From NCBI GenBank assembly GCA_964016885.1, contig OZ024745.1:68200001-68264000 (forward strand): 64,000 bases of DNA, in the 5' to 3' direction. The notes under the pieces are model-generated. The model ran no database searches and was not told the origin of the DNA. It saw nothing but the letters and a program-made list of their open reading frames with translations. This DNA is from Eledone cirrhosa (lineage: Eukaryota). The translations under genes and the position numbers were made by a program. Shown here piece after piece: positions 43,243 through 57,999 of this stretch (its first letter is position 1; each line of letters opens with the position of its first letter).

Positions 43243-43448
43243 ATTATTATTATTATTGAATGCCATGGTTGACGGAGGCTCGGCTCTGTAAGGTATTGTA
43301 AATTGTTTAAAACTTTAACCAAATTGTAGACAAAAACACCCTCCTCCTCGTGAGAGGGGTCTTTTTGCCCGTTATTTGGCCCTTCGGGGTTAAATAACCG
43401 CTTATTGGGGTTTTGTGCCCAATATTTATTTTAAACCAAAAAAAAAAC

Positions 43449-45254
43449 ATGGCTACAAAAAAGAATTTTCACAAGTCACTCCCACTCATTCCGTCTTCTT
43501 CTTCCTCAATCGTCACTACACGAGAGAGAAGATTGTCTCTCCCCCCTTCTCTAAATGTGTCTCGCTCCCTCCCTTCTCTTTCGCAAGCAACGCCAGTAAA
43601 GAAAAATAGTTTCCAAAATCTCGTGCAAAACGTGGAACATTTCTCCACGACGACGACAACGACGAAAAATGTGTGCGGTAAATACGAAAACCCATTTCAT
43701 TCGTCTGACGTCATGAATAATAGCAGTAGCAGCCGTAATAACAACAGCAGCAGCAACAGTGACAAGGAAAACAACAGTAGCAGCCGCAACAGCATCAGCA
43801 ACAGCATAAACAACAACAGCATTAGCAGCAACAGCACCAACAACAGCAGCAGCAGCAACAACAACAACAACCACAGCAACAGGGGCGGCGGCAGTCGTAG
43901 TACCAGCAGCAACAACAAAAGTAACAGCAGCTCTGACGACGACAACAACAACAACAACAAAGAAAAACCAATCTCGTGTGCAGGTATCGCAAAGAACCTG
44001 GAAACCATCCTCATAACAAATGAGGAATTACAGGAAGCAAAGAAGATGGTGACGAAAACCGGACACCGAGCAATCTGCAAAGCAGCCGCAAAATCTTTCG
44101 AAACCCAACAGCACTGTACGGTCACGTACCGTACAGTAAGCACAAAATCCCGTAGGGTTGAAAGGGCCACAGAGGCTCAAATACAAAAAGCCTTAGGGTC
44201 TGTGTGGCAACGGAAAACGCATATCACCCGAGGCAAGAAATATGCCACTGTGGACGTGCTTTTTGCCACACCCCAGGAGGCAAAGGCTCAATCCTTAGTG
44301 ACCCTAAGGAGCGAGGAAATGGTGTTGGTGCCCTCCTACTGCGGACAAAAAATTGTGAGGGTCAAACTGACCCCCCCCCCCGGGATGGCCCCTTCTTAGC
44401 TGGCCGCGTCTGTCCTCATCAGAATCGAGAAAAAAACAACTGTACTGCAAGTACAGAAAAAAGTACGAGAAGATTGGGTCGGCACCTCCATTGAGATGTT
44501 AATCCAAACCAACCAGGAGTGCATCGAAGCTATCCCGGATGTGATAGACTTCGATAACGACACTCAATTGCCCATAAGTGTTGAGGGCAAACGCCCGAAA
44601 TGCTTTCGCTGTGGATCGAAGACTCACCTCAGGGCCTTCTGCAATGAGAACACCCTGAGAAAGGAGAAAACCCCCCTCCTTCCGAAACCGGCTCCACTGC
44701 TACCAGCAACAAGACAGGCGGCAGCCAGGAAGGATAGGTCCGTGGCACCCATACCCACGCCACGGAAATCAAGAACAGCAGCAGCAGTGGAAGTATTAAC
44801 AACAACAACAGCAATACCAACTGCAGCTGCAACAGAGACTCCACTGCAAACATCATCAACAACAACAAGTGAAAGAGTGGAGCTGGTACCCCTCCCCGAC
44901 CTCACAGAATCGGACATGGAGTGTGAGGTGGGAGAGGGATGGCAAAAGGGCGCAAGAAGGTACAAACGCAGAAGCAGCGCATCGTCGCCTTCGAAAAGGG
45001 AGGAAAGAAACGAAAAAAGGGTAAAGGCTAATGCAAAAAGACTTACAGCAGCAACACCACCAACACCATCACCACCCACACTAGCACCACCATCACCACC
45101 GGCGGCCATCCCACCGCCAACAACAACAACACCTTCAACACCACTACCACAAGCACCAACATCGCAAACACAACAAAACACACACACCCAACAACAACGA
45201 CAAGAAAATAGCAGAACCACACCCACCCCCAGAAAAACAAATGCACAGCAATAA
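43449..45254 (+). pseudogene. Tx1-like ORF1 (gag-like, zinc knuckle)
   Basis: One frame interrupted by TAG at 44397-44399. CFRCGSKTHLRAFC knuckle; N/S-rich and P/T-rich low-complexity tracts. Confidence 0.82.
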
Positions 45255-45620
45255 ATACACACAACAAGAAATTAATGACTTACATAATTGAACACACAGA
45301 CATTTCACAGCACGACTACATAATACCAGCACCAATCAAAACACCAACGAACATAAGACTGGTAAAAATAGCACAGAAACAATACACAAACATTAAAACG
45401 AAATTCCCCAACGCAGTTGGTGATTCCAGAGACCTAGGAGGGACACTCAACCGGAGGGTATATTCGGATATACTCACAGAAGAGCCGACGACCAGCCGAA
45501 GGGGCGATTCAACGGTCCCTTCACCAGACGATCAAGTGAAAAGGGATGGTGAAACCATCCTTCCTCTGCGAGAAGAAGTAAGGTAAGTGGTCTTTCCCAT
45601 CTTTTCCACTCCATTTTTAC

Positions 45621-48600
45621 ATGACCTCACTCAGAATGGGTAGGATAAATGCGCGCGGCTTGGGGTCGTCATGGAAGCAGGGCCACCTGCTCAACGACAT
45701 CAGGTCACTAAACATAGATGTAGTGGCCATCAGCGAGACCAGAATCTCCGAAGCACGGGCCTTCGCACCGATCTTCGGCGGCTACGATGTGTACGCATCT
45801 CCCAGCCGTCCTGGATCGGGGGAGGAGTTTCTGTGCTTTTTCGGAGAGGTTTGGATCTCGCCATACGGGTCATCTTCATGGATCCAGAAGGTAAGTTGGT
45901 GGTGCTGGACGTGACCAGCGGAGAAGGGCAAGCTTTCAGGCTAGTGGCCGTCTATCACCCTGGAAACTTTCTAGGAACGTCCTGCTCTTTAGTGTTAGTG
46001 GGCGACTGGAACGGGATCTTAGATGCACGCTGGGACTGTGTGGGATTAGCGGATAGGGGAGGAGGGTGCAAGAGCCTCACCAACCTGCTCAGGCGTTTTG
46101 AACTGTCTGACAGGTACCGATTGGATTTCCAGAATGTGCCAATGTGGACTTGGACAAATCGTATCGGGTCATCCAGATCATATCTAGATAGAGTATTTTG
46201 TAGGGAAATAGATAGGTCTAGTATAAGCTGTCGACAATTCAAGATAGTCAGCTACACGGACCACAAATTCGTGATCTGTGTGCTTGACTTAGATAGGTTT
46301 CATAGACGAGGACCCGGCTACTGGAAGCTAAACGCGTCCTTACCAGCGCGCAAGGCCTACAGAGACCGGATTAGCGAACTAGTTAAGCGAGAGTTGACGG
46401 GGACCATCGTCAACAACAAGTGGTGGTTTGCTCTGAAAAGAGCGATTAGAATAGAGTCAATTAGGTTTAGCAAGGCTTTAGCTATAGAGAAAAATAGAGC
46501 AGAGGGAGAACTAGTTAGAAAATTGACCAATTCTTCAATGCAAAGCACGAAGGCTGCGTTGTCAGAGCTAGGGTGCGTGCTATCAGACACGAGGGGACGA
46601 AAGCCGTTCAATGGGCCCGAGTGGCGGAGGCACGTCGTGGCAACAAAGCCACGATCCGGTCTTTGGTGGACCACGACGGGCGCATGCTACTCGATCCCGG
46701 GCAAATGTGTGAAGCTTTTCAGCGACACTTCGCACAGCTGTTCGGGGGCAGCGGCGGGCCGGATCGAGGGATGGACTTTAGAGTTTACCTCGACGGACTG
46801 CCGCGGCTCTCGCACACTGAGGCGGAGTGTTGCGAAAAGCCGATAACAGCTGCTGAAGTACGGGAGGCAATGACTGGCTGCACAAGGGGTAAATCGCCTG
46901 GTTTGGATGGTCTGCCCTATGAACTTTACGTACATATGCCAGACTTGTTCGGAGGCCTCATGGCAGACGTCTACTGCAACTGGCAACAGAACGGGAGAAT
47001 TCCCAGCTCTGTGAGCCGAGGAGCTGTGGCGCTGCTGAGAAAGGATCCGAACAAGGGGGATAACATAGATAATTTCAGGCCCATAACTCTGCTAAACACA
47101 GAGTTCAAGATTTTGGCCAAGGTGCTAGCAAAGAGGTTGGCGCTTGTCGTTGGTGGTCTGGTGGGAGAGGCGCAGACATGCGCCATTCCCGACAGATCCA
47201 TCCACGACAACCTCCACCTCATGCGATACATCGTAGAGAGGGTAGCTAGGGAACCTGGCACGGGTGGGTCCTTGATCAATTTAGATCAGTCGAAAGCTTT
47301 CGATAGGGTTGACCATCGTTACCTAGCGGCAGTCCTGAGGGCGGCTGGCTTTAGGTCCGTCTTCAGAGGCTGGATCGCTGCCATGCACAGCGACATCTGC
47401 TCTGTGGTGAGAGTGAACAGTCACCTTTCAGAACCGTTCAACATCATGCGCTCGGTCCGCCAAGGATGTCCCCTCTCGTCCCTCTTGTACGTATTGATTC
47501 TCGAGCCATTACTGCACAAACTGGAGACATTGAGGGGGGTCCTACGCGAACTAGGATGCGGAAGATCCGTGTCAGCATATGCGGACGATGTCACCGTAGT
47601 GGTGTCGAACGCCAAACACATTGAGGCGATCGGCACTACACTAAGAGAATACGAAGCAGTGACAGGAGCAATGATCAACCAGGAAAAGTCAGTGGGCCTG
47701 CAGCTCGGCACCTGGAGAGGCAGGTCCATGCTGTCCAACAGCGTCGTCGGGCGCTGGACGGACGGACCGGTTAAATTGCTAGGGGTCTGGTTCGGTCCGG
47801 ACCTCCAGGCGGATAAAAACTGGGACGAGGTGACGAGCAGGGTGGCTTCTCTCACCCAGAAATGGGCGGAGAGGAAGCTATCCCTGAAAGGTCGAGCGGA
47901 GGTGGCTAACGCGTCCGTCATCTACTACCGCCTGACCGTCGTACCTTGTCCTAAGCCCCGCCTGACTGCGCTGGAGCGTTTGCTCTTTCGCTTTTTGTGG
48001 AAGGCAGGCGCTCCGATGGTCAGGAGGTCCATCTGCTGTCAACACCCGCTACGTGGAGGGCTGGGCATGCCGTGGTTGATGGTGCGCAGACACGCGCTCA
48101 GGCTACGACATCTCCACCTCTTCCTCGACGGTGATCAGGTGTGGTCGCCGTTTGCTAGACACGTCTTTCCCCAGCTCGTCTCCTTGACAGAGCTGCAGTC
48201 CTGGGTCAAGCGAAGACCGAGAGGGAGCGCTTGGAGACTGGAATATCTTCAGCCGCCCATAGCCCTCGACCAATCGGGCAATGTGATCGGTGGAAACTCC
48301 ACCTTGGAGTTCTATAGAGGATTAGTGGAGGGGAAGAGCGACGACGTACTTGGAGAAACTCTAGGCGTCGACTAAAATCAACTAGCCAATCTCTTCGGAA
48401 GGACTTTCGGGCCGAGGCCTATGGACAACTTCCAGAAATCCCTGGCCTGGTGCTACCGAGGAGCTTTGCCAGTTCGGGATAAACTCTACAGGCATGGAGG
48501 TGCCGTCAGCCGGGCATGTCCGAGATGCGAGCAGGGCGACGCAACCGTCCTGCATGCACTCGTCCAGTGTCCGAGCGTTGCTGACTTGTGGGTTTATGTC

Positions 48601-48912
48601 GAACACCTGCTGTCACGTGTAGGACGGATCCAGCTATCAGCTGAGTCCATCGTGAGGATTGTCCCACCCTCTTCTTTTAGCCGGGCAGGGCAGGCTGTTT
48701 TTATCTGTCTGGTGGCCATGGCGAAAGAGATAGTATGGTGGACACGTTTGAAAGGGCTGAAGACGAGCACTTACCTCTTCGGTGATGCCCTGATTAACTT
48801 TTTCAAATTTCATTTGAAAAGGAAAATCAGGGTAGAGTGGGAAGTGCTCTCTTCCCAGCATTTTGTTGAAAGATGGGTGAGAGAAGCAAGTATGCAAGTA
48901 TGGCCCGAGTGA
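45621..48912 (+). pseudogene. Tx1-like ORF2 (APE endonuclease + reverse transcriptase + Zn motif)
   Basis: INARGL, AISET, VGDWN, YLDRVF, TDH (APE); GPGYWKLN; KSPGLDG, FRPITLLN, DQSKAFDRV, RQGCPLS, YADD (RT); CPRC..H..C. Several frameshifts and a stop at 48373. Confidence 0.93.
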
Positions 48913-49185
48913 ATGGGCCTACTCTGAGTATGTGTCTGTAATTAAAGGTGGAAAACTGGGAGAGGGCACTTGCCCTGGTGGTCAGAGTCACTGTGGTCTT
49001 TTAATGGGCTTTCTCCACAAATGTCCATCGGAAGTCTCCCCCCTATTGGGGAATTTTTCATTGTTATTTTTATTACATCCTCTGTTTTTTTTTACACGCA
49101 GAAATGCCCATTTGTACCGTCCTGTATTGTCTTGTACTGTCCTTAATGTCTACTTTATGTAAACCCTTGTGGTTAATAAAGAAAA

Positions 49186-49217
<32 letters not shown>

Positions 49218-49225
49218 TTATATTG

Positions 49226-49409
49226 GGCGGTGGATTGGCAGTATCGGTAGAGGGTCGGATGCCATGCTTTCCAGCATAGTTACGTCCCTTTACGATCTGA
49301 GTTCAAATCCCGCCGAGGTTTACTTTGCCTTTCATCCTTACGGGGTCGATAAAATAAAGTACCAGTAATGAACTGGGTAATTGCTGGCCTTGTGCCTAAA
49401 GTAGAAACA
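49226..49409 (+). mobile_element. Full-length tRNA-derived SINE
   Basis: A/B boxes, central GCCTTTCATCCTTACGGGGTCGATAAAATAAAGTACCAG, 3' CCTTGTGCCTAAAGTAGAAACA + (ATT)n. Confidence 0.9.
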
Positions 49410-49424
49410 ATTATTATTATTATT

Positions 49425-52031
49425 GTTCTTTGAGTCTCAGTCATTGATGTTATTTACTGGAAAGTTTGTTAAAATGAATATCAAGCCGCTACCTGCAGCC
49501 TCAGATATTCAGGACGTATCGGAGGGTTCTTGCTGTTCCCAGCAAGCATGCATTTTGAAGTGTTCCAAAAAGCGGGGCTGGACTAACTTTCTTTAACCAT
49601 CCTTGGAAACTCTTTGAGATAGTACCTAGTGCGCCTATGACAATCGGGACGACTCTGACTTCATGGCAGTTCCAAATCCTTTTTACCTCCCACTTTAAGT
49701 CTTGGTATCGGTTAATTTTCTCCCTCTCCTTTTCTTGCACTCTCGTGTCAAATGGGCAGGCTACATCTACAATCAAGCACCATCTTTTTTCCTTGTCCAA
49801 AACCACCAGGTCAGGCCTATTGTGTTCTAGTTTCTTATCCGTCTGTATCCTAAAATCCCATAGCACCTTCACCTGATCGTTTCCTATCACCGACTCTGGC
49901 TTATGCTCATACCACTTCTCAGAATGTGGTAAATTGTTTACTTTGCATAGGTGCCAGTGGATCACCCTGCCCATCACATCATGTCTCCAGCCTTTATAGT
50001 GAGTCTGGGCTAGGTGTTTACACTCGGATACAATGTGAGCCACAGTCTCCCCTCTCTCTCCACAGATCCTACACAGTGGGCTAGCCTCCACCTTGTAAAT
50101 ATGGTGTTTCACCCACTTCGTTTTGAGTGCTTGCTCTTGCGCAGCCATTAACATTCCTTCTGTAGTCTTTTTAAGGTCTCCTCTTTTTAACCAGTTCCAT
50201 GTCTCTGGATCTCTAAATTCAGTTTTCTCAAAGAAGGTACTATGAAGGGATTTTTCATGAAGGTTGGTCTTCCTCCTTGTTGTTATTTCCTCCTTGGACA
50301 TCCCCTGGTCTATTGTTCTCTCCTTCAGTACAATTCTGAGCATTGGCTCCCTACTATCGGTCACGTATTTCTGCAGGTTGTTTTTCTCCATCTGAACACA
50401 GTCCTCTATGCTGATAAGACCTCTTCCACCTTCAGATCGCTTTAAGTAGAGTCTATCGACATCACTCCTCTTGTGGAACATGTTGTAGATAGTCAATAGC
50501 TTCCTAGTCTTCCTATCCATTTCTTTTTGTTCAGCAACATTCTATTTCAGAATTCCCGCACTGTACCTAATAATAGACACAGCTCGGGAATTCACTGCAC
50601 TTATGACATTCCTACTATTTAGATGTGATTTTAATACGCTCCTTACTCTTCTAATGTACTCAGATCTTATCAATTCCTTCATTTTTTTGTTCTTGATGTC
50701 ATCTGCCTCCAGAACATCTAAATATTTGTATCCTTCTTCAGTGTCAATTTCCTTTATCAACTCACCTGTTGGTACCTGGATTCCGTTGCTTCTGCTCAAT
50801 TTACCCCTCTTCATCACTAGGACTCCACACTTATTAATACCAAATTGCATACATATATCACTGCTGAAAATACGGACAGTGTCAACAAGTACATCCAACT
50901 CCTTCTCACTCGTCCCAAAGAGTTTAAGATCGTCCATGAAGAGGAGGTGGTTGATGGTAAGCTCTCCTTTTCCCAACTTATATCCTGCTCTCACTTTTCG
51001 CAATATAATGGTCAGGGGTATCAGGGCAAGGACAAACAACAGAGGGGACAAACTATCTCCCTGGAAGATACCTCTCTTGATCTAAACGCCTTCCAAGGAT
51101 TCTCCACCCGATGTTAATTCTGTTTTCCAGGACTTCATACTTTTGCTCAACAGCTGTCTGATGTTATCTACCACCTTGAAGATCTCTAGGCTTTTGGTTA
51201 TCCAAGAATGAGGTACCATGTCGAATGCCTTTTTGTAGTCTATCCATCCCATGGCAAGACCACTGTGTCTCCTCTTTCAATTCTCCATTACCATCTTATC
51301 AATAAGTAGCTGGTCTTTTGTACCACGGGATTTCTTTGGACATCCTTTCTGTTCGTCCGGTAACAAGTTGTTTGTGTGGAGGTCATGGTAGATTTCCTCA
51401 GACACAATGCTTGTTAACAGTTTCCACATTACGGATAGACATGTGATAGGTCTATAGTTGGTAACATCATTACCCTTGATTCGGTCTTTCATTACCAGGA
51501 CTGTGGTACCCTTTGTCAACCACTCTGGTACCTCACCCGACATCAAGCAGTCATTGAACATGGTTGTCAGTTTCGGGTGGAGGGATGTTATATTTTTAAT
51601 CCAATACCCCTGCACACCATCTGGACCTGGTGATTTCCAGTTGGTTAGTTTTCTGGCCTTCCCTTTAAGAGTTTCAACTGTGATACTTAAATCAGTTTGT
51701 TGGTGTACTTGTTCACTAATCTCCTTTTGTACTGTCTCAATCCACACTGCCTGATCATTATGTTCAACATCCTGCTCCCATATTCCTCTCCAGAATGTCT
51801 TAGTCTGTTCCGCCTCAGGGATCAAGTCGTTGCCTCTTTCTTTCCCTTCAAGCTGCCCAAACAACATCTTCTGATTGTTGTGAAACATGCGGTTCTGTCT
51901 ATACTGACTGACTCTGCTCTCATACCGCCTAATCTTTGCACTCTTTGCTACAATGCGTTGCTTCAGTTCCTCTATGATAATATTTAGCTTTTTCCTCCTA
52001 GTTTTGTACTTTATTTCCAGTCTATTTTTAG
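49425..52031 (-). mobile_element. 5'-truncated R4/Dong-clade RLE LINE, disabled
   Basis: WKSPGPDG, YRPITCL, QGDSLSP, HLLFMDDLKL (RT); CRICGERGETVAHIVSEC, RHD, RPDLVV..IVDV..EKINRY (RLE). Stops and frameshifts near 51277 and 50542. (TAA)n at both ends on its sense strand. Confidence 0.93.
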
Positions 52032-52049
52032 TTATTATTATTATTATTT

Positions 52050-52230
52050 GGATTGGCAGTATCGGTAGAGGGTCGGACGCCATGCTTTGACGCATAGAGT
52101 TACGGCCCTTGTCATTCTGAATTCAAATCCCGCTGAGGTTAACTTTGCCTTTCATCTTTACGGGGTCGATAAAATAATGTATCAGTAATGCACTGGATAA
52201 TTGCTGGCTTTGTGCTAAAAGTAGACACAA
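52050..52230 (+). mobile_element. tRNA-derived SINE with (ATT)n
   Basis: Same family as 49226-49409. Confidence 0.88.
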
Positions 52231-52448
52231 TTATTATTATTATTTTCACTATTTGTACAAATATGCAACTTAACAATATTCTGCATATCCGCAATTGACA
52301 ATGCATATAATGCTGAAACCGGTATTATAAATAAATTAATGTTTTGATATTTCACTGAAAAAATGTCTCCAACATTTTACTGAAAAAATCTTTTTCCTTT
52401 CTACTATTTATTTTTATATATATCAACTCGTGTGTTACTTATCTACAT

Positions 52449-52518
<70 letters not shown>

Positions 52519-52549
52519 TGTGTGTGTGTGTGCGTGTGTGTGTGTACGC

Positions 52550-53265
52550 TGCGTCAAAAGATGAGCCAAGCCACCTCAACATTCAGAAAGTTAAGAGAAC
52601 GACTGTTGAATAACAAACTCGTGCTATCCATGTAAAGTGCACAACTCACCGAGTGATAGTATTACTCAACGTACTATATGGATCGTGGGTATTAACTTTA
52701 CACATTGAATTGGTTAAAAATCTACATTCATGATGTGGCACCTTATAGAATGGTAAATTGTCAGAGACATTGAGCGTCGAATTAGTTTTCTCGGTATTTA
52801 TTACGACTCACTGCGCTTTAAGTTCAACCGAGGTCAGTTTTTCCTTTCATCTTTTCGGAATCGACGAATAAAGTATTAGTTCAGGGGTGATGGTTTGGCT
52901 GAACTGTTCATAATTTGAAAGGGATACTTTGCTGCCCCTGATCCGTGTTCTAGGTTTAAATCTCGACTCTCATAAAAAAATTGTAACAGTCAGGTAGTAT
53001 GACGAATTGAAAGAACAATGCAAATATTGCTTGTTTACTCTGATCAGGCGATCGACTCTATTTTCTTCTATATAGTTCATAAACATGATATGGCAAGATA
53101 AAGGAAACACCCACCACTCATCAGTATGGAAACGATATCGGTACAACAGGACCATCACTGTCTTCGGAATTTTCAAGAAATGGAGGGATCGAAGTTACCG
53201 AAAAACAAATATTGTATGCGCAGTTGTGTAGAAGTATTAGAAATCGAGGTGGAGACCGACTAAGA
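52550..53265 (+). pseudogene. RTE LINE relic split by decayed SINE sequence
   Basis: QKMSQATSTFRKLRERL...TLLYGS-like block at 52550-52690 and SMETISVQQ..MEGSKLPK..ILY block at 53100-53265. Confidence 0.5.
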
Positions 53266-54114
53266 TAAATAGATGTGATTTAACATTTTGTCATTTCCCA
53301 TTAGAGAAAGTAAGTATCAATCAAGTACCAGATCGATGCAATCAACTAATATGATTTGTTACCCTGTACCAAGGTCGATATTTAGAAGTCACAAGGCAAC
53401 AGAGATAATCGATACTTTAGCAATTTGGATTTAGTCTAATGCAATTAGTTCAATATTTCACTGTTCTGTGTTCAAATACTGCCGAGGTGGACATTTTCAT
53501 GAATACTTCCAGTTTCAATTAAGAATGATAGCATATGGTTCCCTTACCCAATCGAAATTTCACCTTGTTTTTAATTAAAAGAAATCGATATTAAGATGAA
53601 GGCTTAAAGTAATGAACGGGCAGGATGTACATGGAAATTAAATTACTCTTCGAATTCCGATGATAATTTTTAAAATCCAACTTATCGGCGAAATGGTAGA
53701 CCCATTAGAAAGTCGGATAAAGTACTTTACAGTATTTCTTCTGGTTCTGTACATTCTGAATTCAAATCCTGCCTTTCATTTTTTGAAGTCGATAAATAAA
53801 GTACCAGTCCTGTACTGAGGTTGATTTTTCCTCTCTCTCTCGATAGCTTTCTATTTATTTAGAAGAAACTAGAGGCCAGGAATGGGATTGGCTCCGCTAG
53901 GTTTAAATGTCCAACAATCCACGAGGAGTTAAGAGCCTATGCCATGACATATGCTATAATATCATCTTTACTTTACATTTCAACATACCCCCACTTACGA
54001 ACCCCAGAAGGATGAAGGCTAACCTCGGCAGGATTATTTGAACTCAGAACGTAACGGGCTACAAATAAAAAAATAATAAATAAAGATCTTTATTTCTCTC
54101 AACTTACAAAGTTT

Positions 54115-54165
54115 GCTTGTATATTTATATATGCGTGTGTGTATGTGTGTATGTGTGTGTGTATG

Positions 54166-54239
<74 letters not shown>

Positions 54240-54250
54240 TATATACATAC

Positions 54251-54319
<69 letters not shown>

Positions 54320-54896
54320 ATATATATATGTATATATATATATATATATGTATGTATAATAATAGATGCATATATGTCCGTTTAGTATTGAAGAACACGG
54401 AAATGAGTGCTTAATACATTATTAAAGATGAATAGTTTTTTTATGGCTGATCCAGTAGCCTGTTACAGATTCTTGCCCCTGTATGTTGCATGTTCTTCAG
54501 ATAGTTGAACTCCTTAATCACACACCGTGGCTGTGTGATTAAACACAAATATTTGCATTTTTTCACACACACACACACACACACAGGCACACACACACAC
54601 ACACAAACACACACAGGCACACACAAACACACACGCACACACACATTCACTCACACACACTCACATCACATACTGACACACTTCCATACTACCAGACATA
54701 AAGAAATGTACAGAAAGAAACAAAAAAACAAAACACAGAATTAATGTTAAGCCATCGATTCCATATCTCGATTACATGATACGTTCGCTGAATTATGAGG
54801 ATTTTCCAAATTCTGTAGAAATCAATGGAAAGCCATTTGCTTAATAAAATAAACATGTCGAAAGCAGATTGAGCAGAAGAAAGGTACTGCATACTT

Positions 54897-54944
<48 letters not shown>

Positions 54945-54956
54945 ACATAAATAAAC

Positions 54957-54989
<33 letters not shown>

Positions 54990-55247
54990 TGTATGTATGT
55001 ATGTATGTATGTATGTATGTATGTACGTATGTACGTATGTATGTATGTATGTTTACTCACAATCGAATATAAGAATTAATGGTAAGCTTTGATATTTCGA
55101 AATAGATATATCGCAAGTAATAAATATTATGAGAGGGAAGTTTAAAAGAAACCGGTTAGGTATACATACATACACGCACACGCACACACACCGATAGACA
55201 CGTAAAGATACACACATACATACACACATACATGCATGCATACATAC

Positions 55248-55307
<60 letters not shown>

Positions 55308-55376
55308 GAAACAAACAAAATACAGGAAGTAATTATATATATATATATACATACATACATATATATATATATATAT

Positions 55377-55474
<98 letters not shown>

Positions 55475-56035
55475 ATATACATATATATGAGGTATTCTTT
55501 CCGTTGACCTCACTAAAATAATAGCTGGAACATCTCAATTGCCAAGCAAAATATTCCACGAAGAGGGAGTCGTATCGATTTTTGGCTCAGAAACATGCAA
55601 AGGTTGTATGATTACTTATTTAAATGAAACCATGCATGCTTATATATAAAGTTACCTATACCACTCAAACATTTACTCGCTTGCCTTCGTAGAACAGCGC
55701 TAACGCGTCTACTAAATTCTGATCTACCCATATAATCATACATATATACACATCCATTCGTTCACCGGTTCACACACTCAAACGTTCACACACACACACA
55801 CACCCACACACACGCACACACATATCAGCTCAGTCTGTCCGATAACTCCCTCTCTCACTCGCTCTCCGTACACACATACACACGCACACGCACACACAAA
55901 TATACAAACACACCTATGTAATATATATTTATATATATGTGAGTATACATTTATATATATATATGTGAGTATACATTTATATATGTTTATATACATACAT
56001 ATGTATGTATTTATGCATGTATTTATATATATATA

Positions 56036-56066
<31 letters not shown>

Positions 56067-56075
56067 TAGAGATAG

Positions 56076-56151
<76 letters not shown>

Positions 56152-56680
56152 GAAGAGATAGATAGATAAAGAATCATTGAGTGATATATTTTCCATGTAT
56201 GGCTATATAATATTTCCGCTGCAGACACAACATAATACAATACAACACAAAGCACACACAATTACACGCAAGCATATAATACACACACATACACACACAA
56301 ACGCACACAAACACACACATACACAAATACACACAAACACACACAAACATTCACAAACACACACAAACATACACAAACACATAAAAAATATGCAAACAGA
56401 GCTGAACAAAAATAGCAAATATAAAGAATCTGTAAAGATTTGGACTAAATCTGATTTAAAGAATTTTTGAGTAGAAGGTAATAGACGCTTCTCATTGGAT
56501 TGGAAACGGTTCTTACTCCACAATCAGTGTAATTGCCGGAGAAAATATTGGCGAGAAGTTACTACCGTAGAAATCTGCCCAACATACACCACACTACCTA
56601 ATACACACATACACATACACCGAACAAACGCATAAACACACACATACACACACACTCACAATCACATATATATGTGTAAG

Positions 56681-56740
<60 letters not shown>
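54115..56740. repeat. Compound microsatellite field
   Basis: (TA)n, (CA)n, (TATG)n, (GATA)n and (GA)n tracts. Confidence 0.9.
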
Positions 56741-56748
<8 letters not shown>

Positions 56749-57825
56749 TAATAAAAACAATGAAATAAAAACAAAGAACAACTTCCTTATATTAAAAAAA
56801 TCATAATTTTACGATCGTTTCTGGGAAGTATATGTGTGTTGGAATGTATAATATATATATGAGGCAAAAGAATATATGAGTGTGTGTTTGTGCGTGCATG
56901 TTTTTCCCTGTCTATATATCTATCTATCTTCGTGTCTATCAGCACGTGTTTATGTATGTCCGTCTGTGATTTTATTCATACACTGACCGCTGTGGTTAGT
57001 GTGGGGCTTCGAAGGGTGCACACAATACGGGAGAAATGAAGAGGAGAGATGAGTGGCAGTGACTTTATGCTTGCCATCTGAGCATTGTAGTAAGTCAGAC
57101 GTCGTTGGTGTGTGTGTGGGTGTTTGTGTGGGTATGTATGAGTGTGTGTGTGCGTGTGTGTTTGTGTGTTTGTGTGTGTGGGGGTTAAGTATTTTCTGGA
57201 TTTGAAAGCAAGGACTAGACTTTTACATGCAGTTCTAGCTCTGTTTAAGATGTTCGATCACCATGGGAGACCCGCACTTATAACAATTGAAACGAATGCA
57301 AGGGATCTTCTGTTTAAGGTTTAAGGGTTGAGGTGCATTTAGTTCTATACACATATAATCAACATAGAAATGTAAACTATACAAAAAAAAAAATGGATTT
57401 TCTGGTATTTCTATCAATATAAATTGACATACATTTTGATAAACTTTGTTTTTACCAAGAGATGGTGCAGATAAATTGATGTATTATCAATGTGTTTACA
57501 TTAACAATGTAATTATTTTAATGTTAATTGTGAACTAATTGTATATTTATCTGCATTAATCGAAACATTTATCGTAAAATAAATATTTTTGAATTGAATG
57601 GTATATTTTGTTAACTTTCTCTAATCTGATATTCTAATCTGATATTACGCTCTGATATCCTGACCTTACACCATGTGGCTCTCCGTTGGGTTATTGTGAC
57701 ATGATTGTGGATAATTATAGTTTAGATCGAACTTATCCAGATCTTTATATATACGACTTATGGGGATACTTTTATTTATAATTCAATCTAAAAAACAAAC
57801 AAACTTTATATCTATCTATCCATCC

Positions 57826-57998
<173 letters not shown>

Positions 57999-57999
57999 A

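Larger units (their letters stand above)
43258..49186 (+). mobile_element. Near full-length Tx1-like (L1 group) non-LTR retrotransposon, disabled
   Basis: 5' UTR, ORF1 with CCHC knuckle, ORF2 APE-RT-Zn, 3' UTR with AATAAA. (ATT)n on both sides. Confidence 0.92.

Noticed and set aside
43551-48897. Antisense and alternate-frame ORFs over the LINEs
   Set aside because: Shadow ORFs of GC-richer retroelement coding sequence.
49226-49320. tRNA genes at A/B-box sequences
   Set aside because: No cloverleaf; these are heads of a multi-copy SINE.
53077-53214. Open 138-bp exon candidate
   Set aside because: Better explained as an RTE relic in another frame (MEGSKLPK..).
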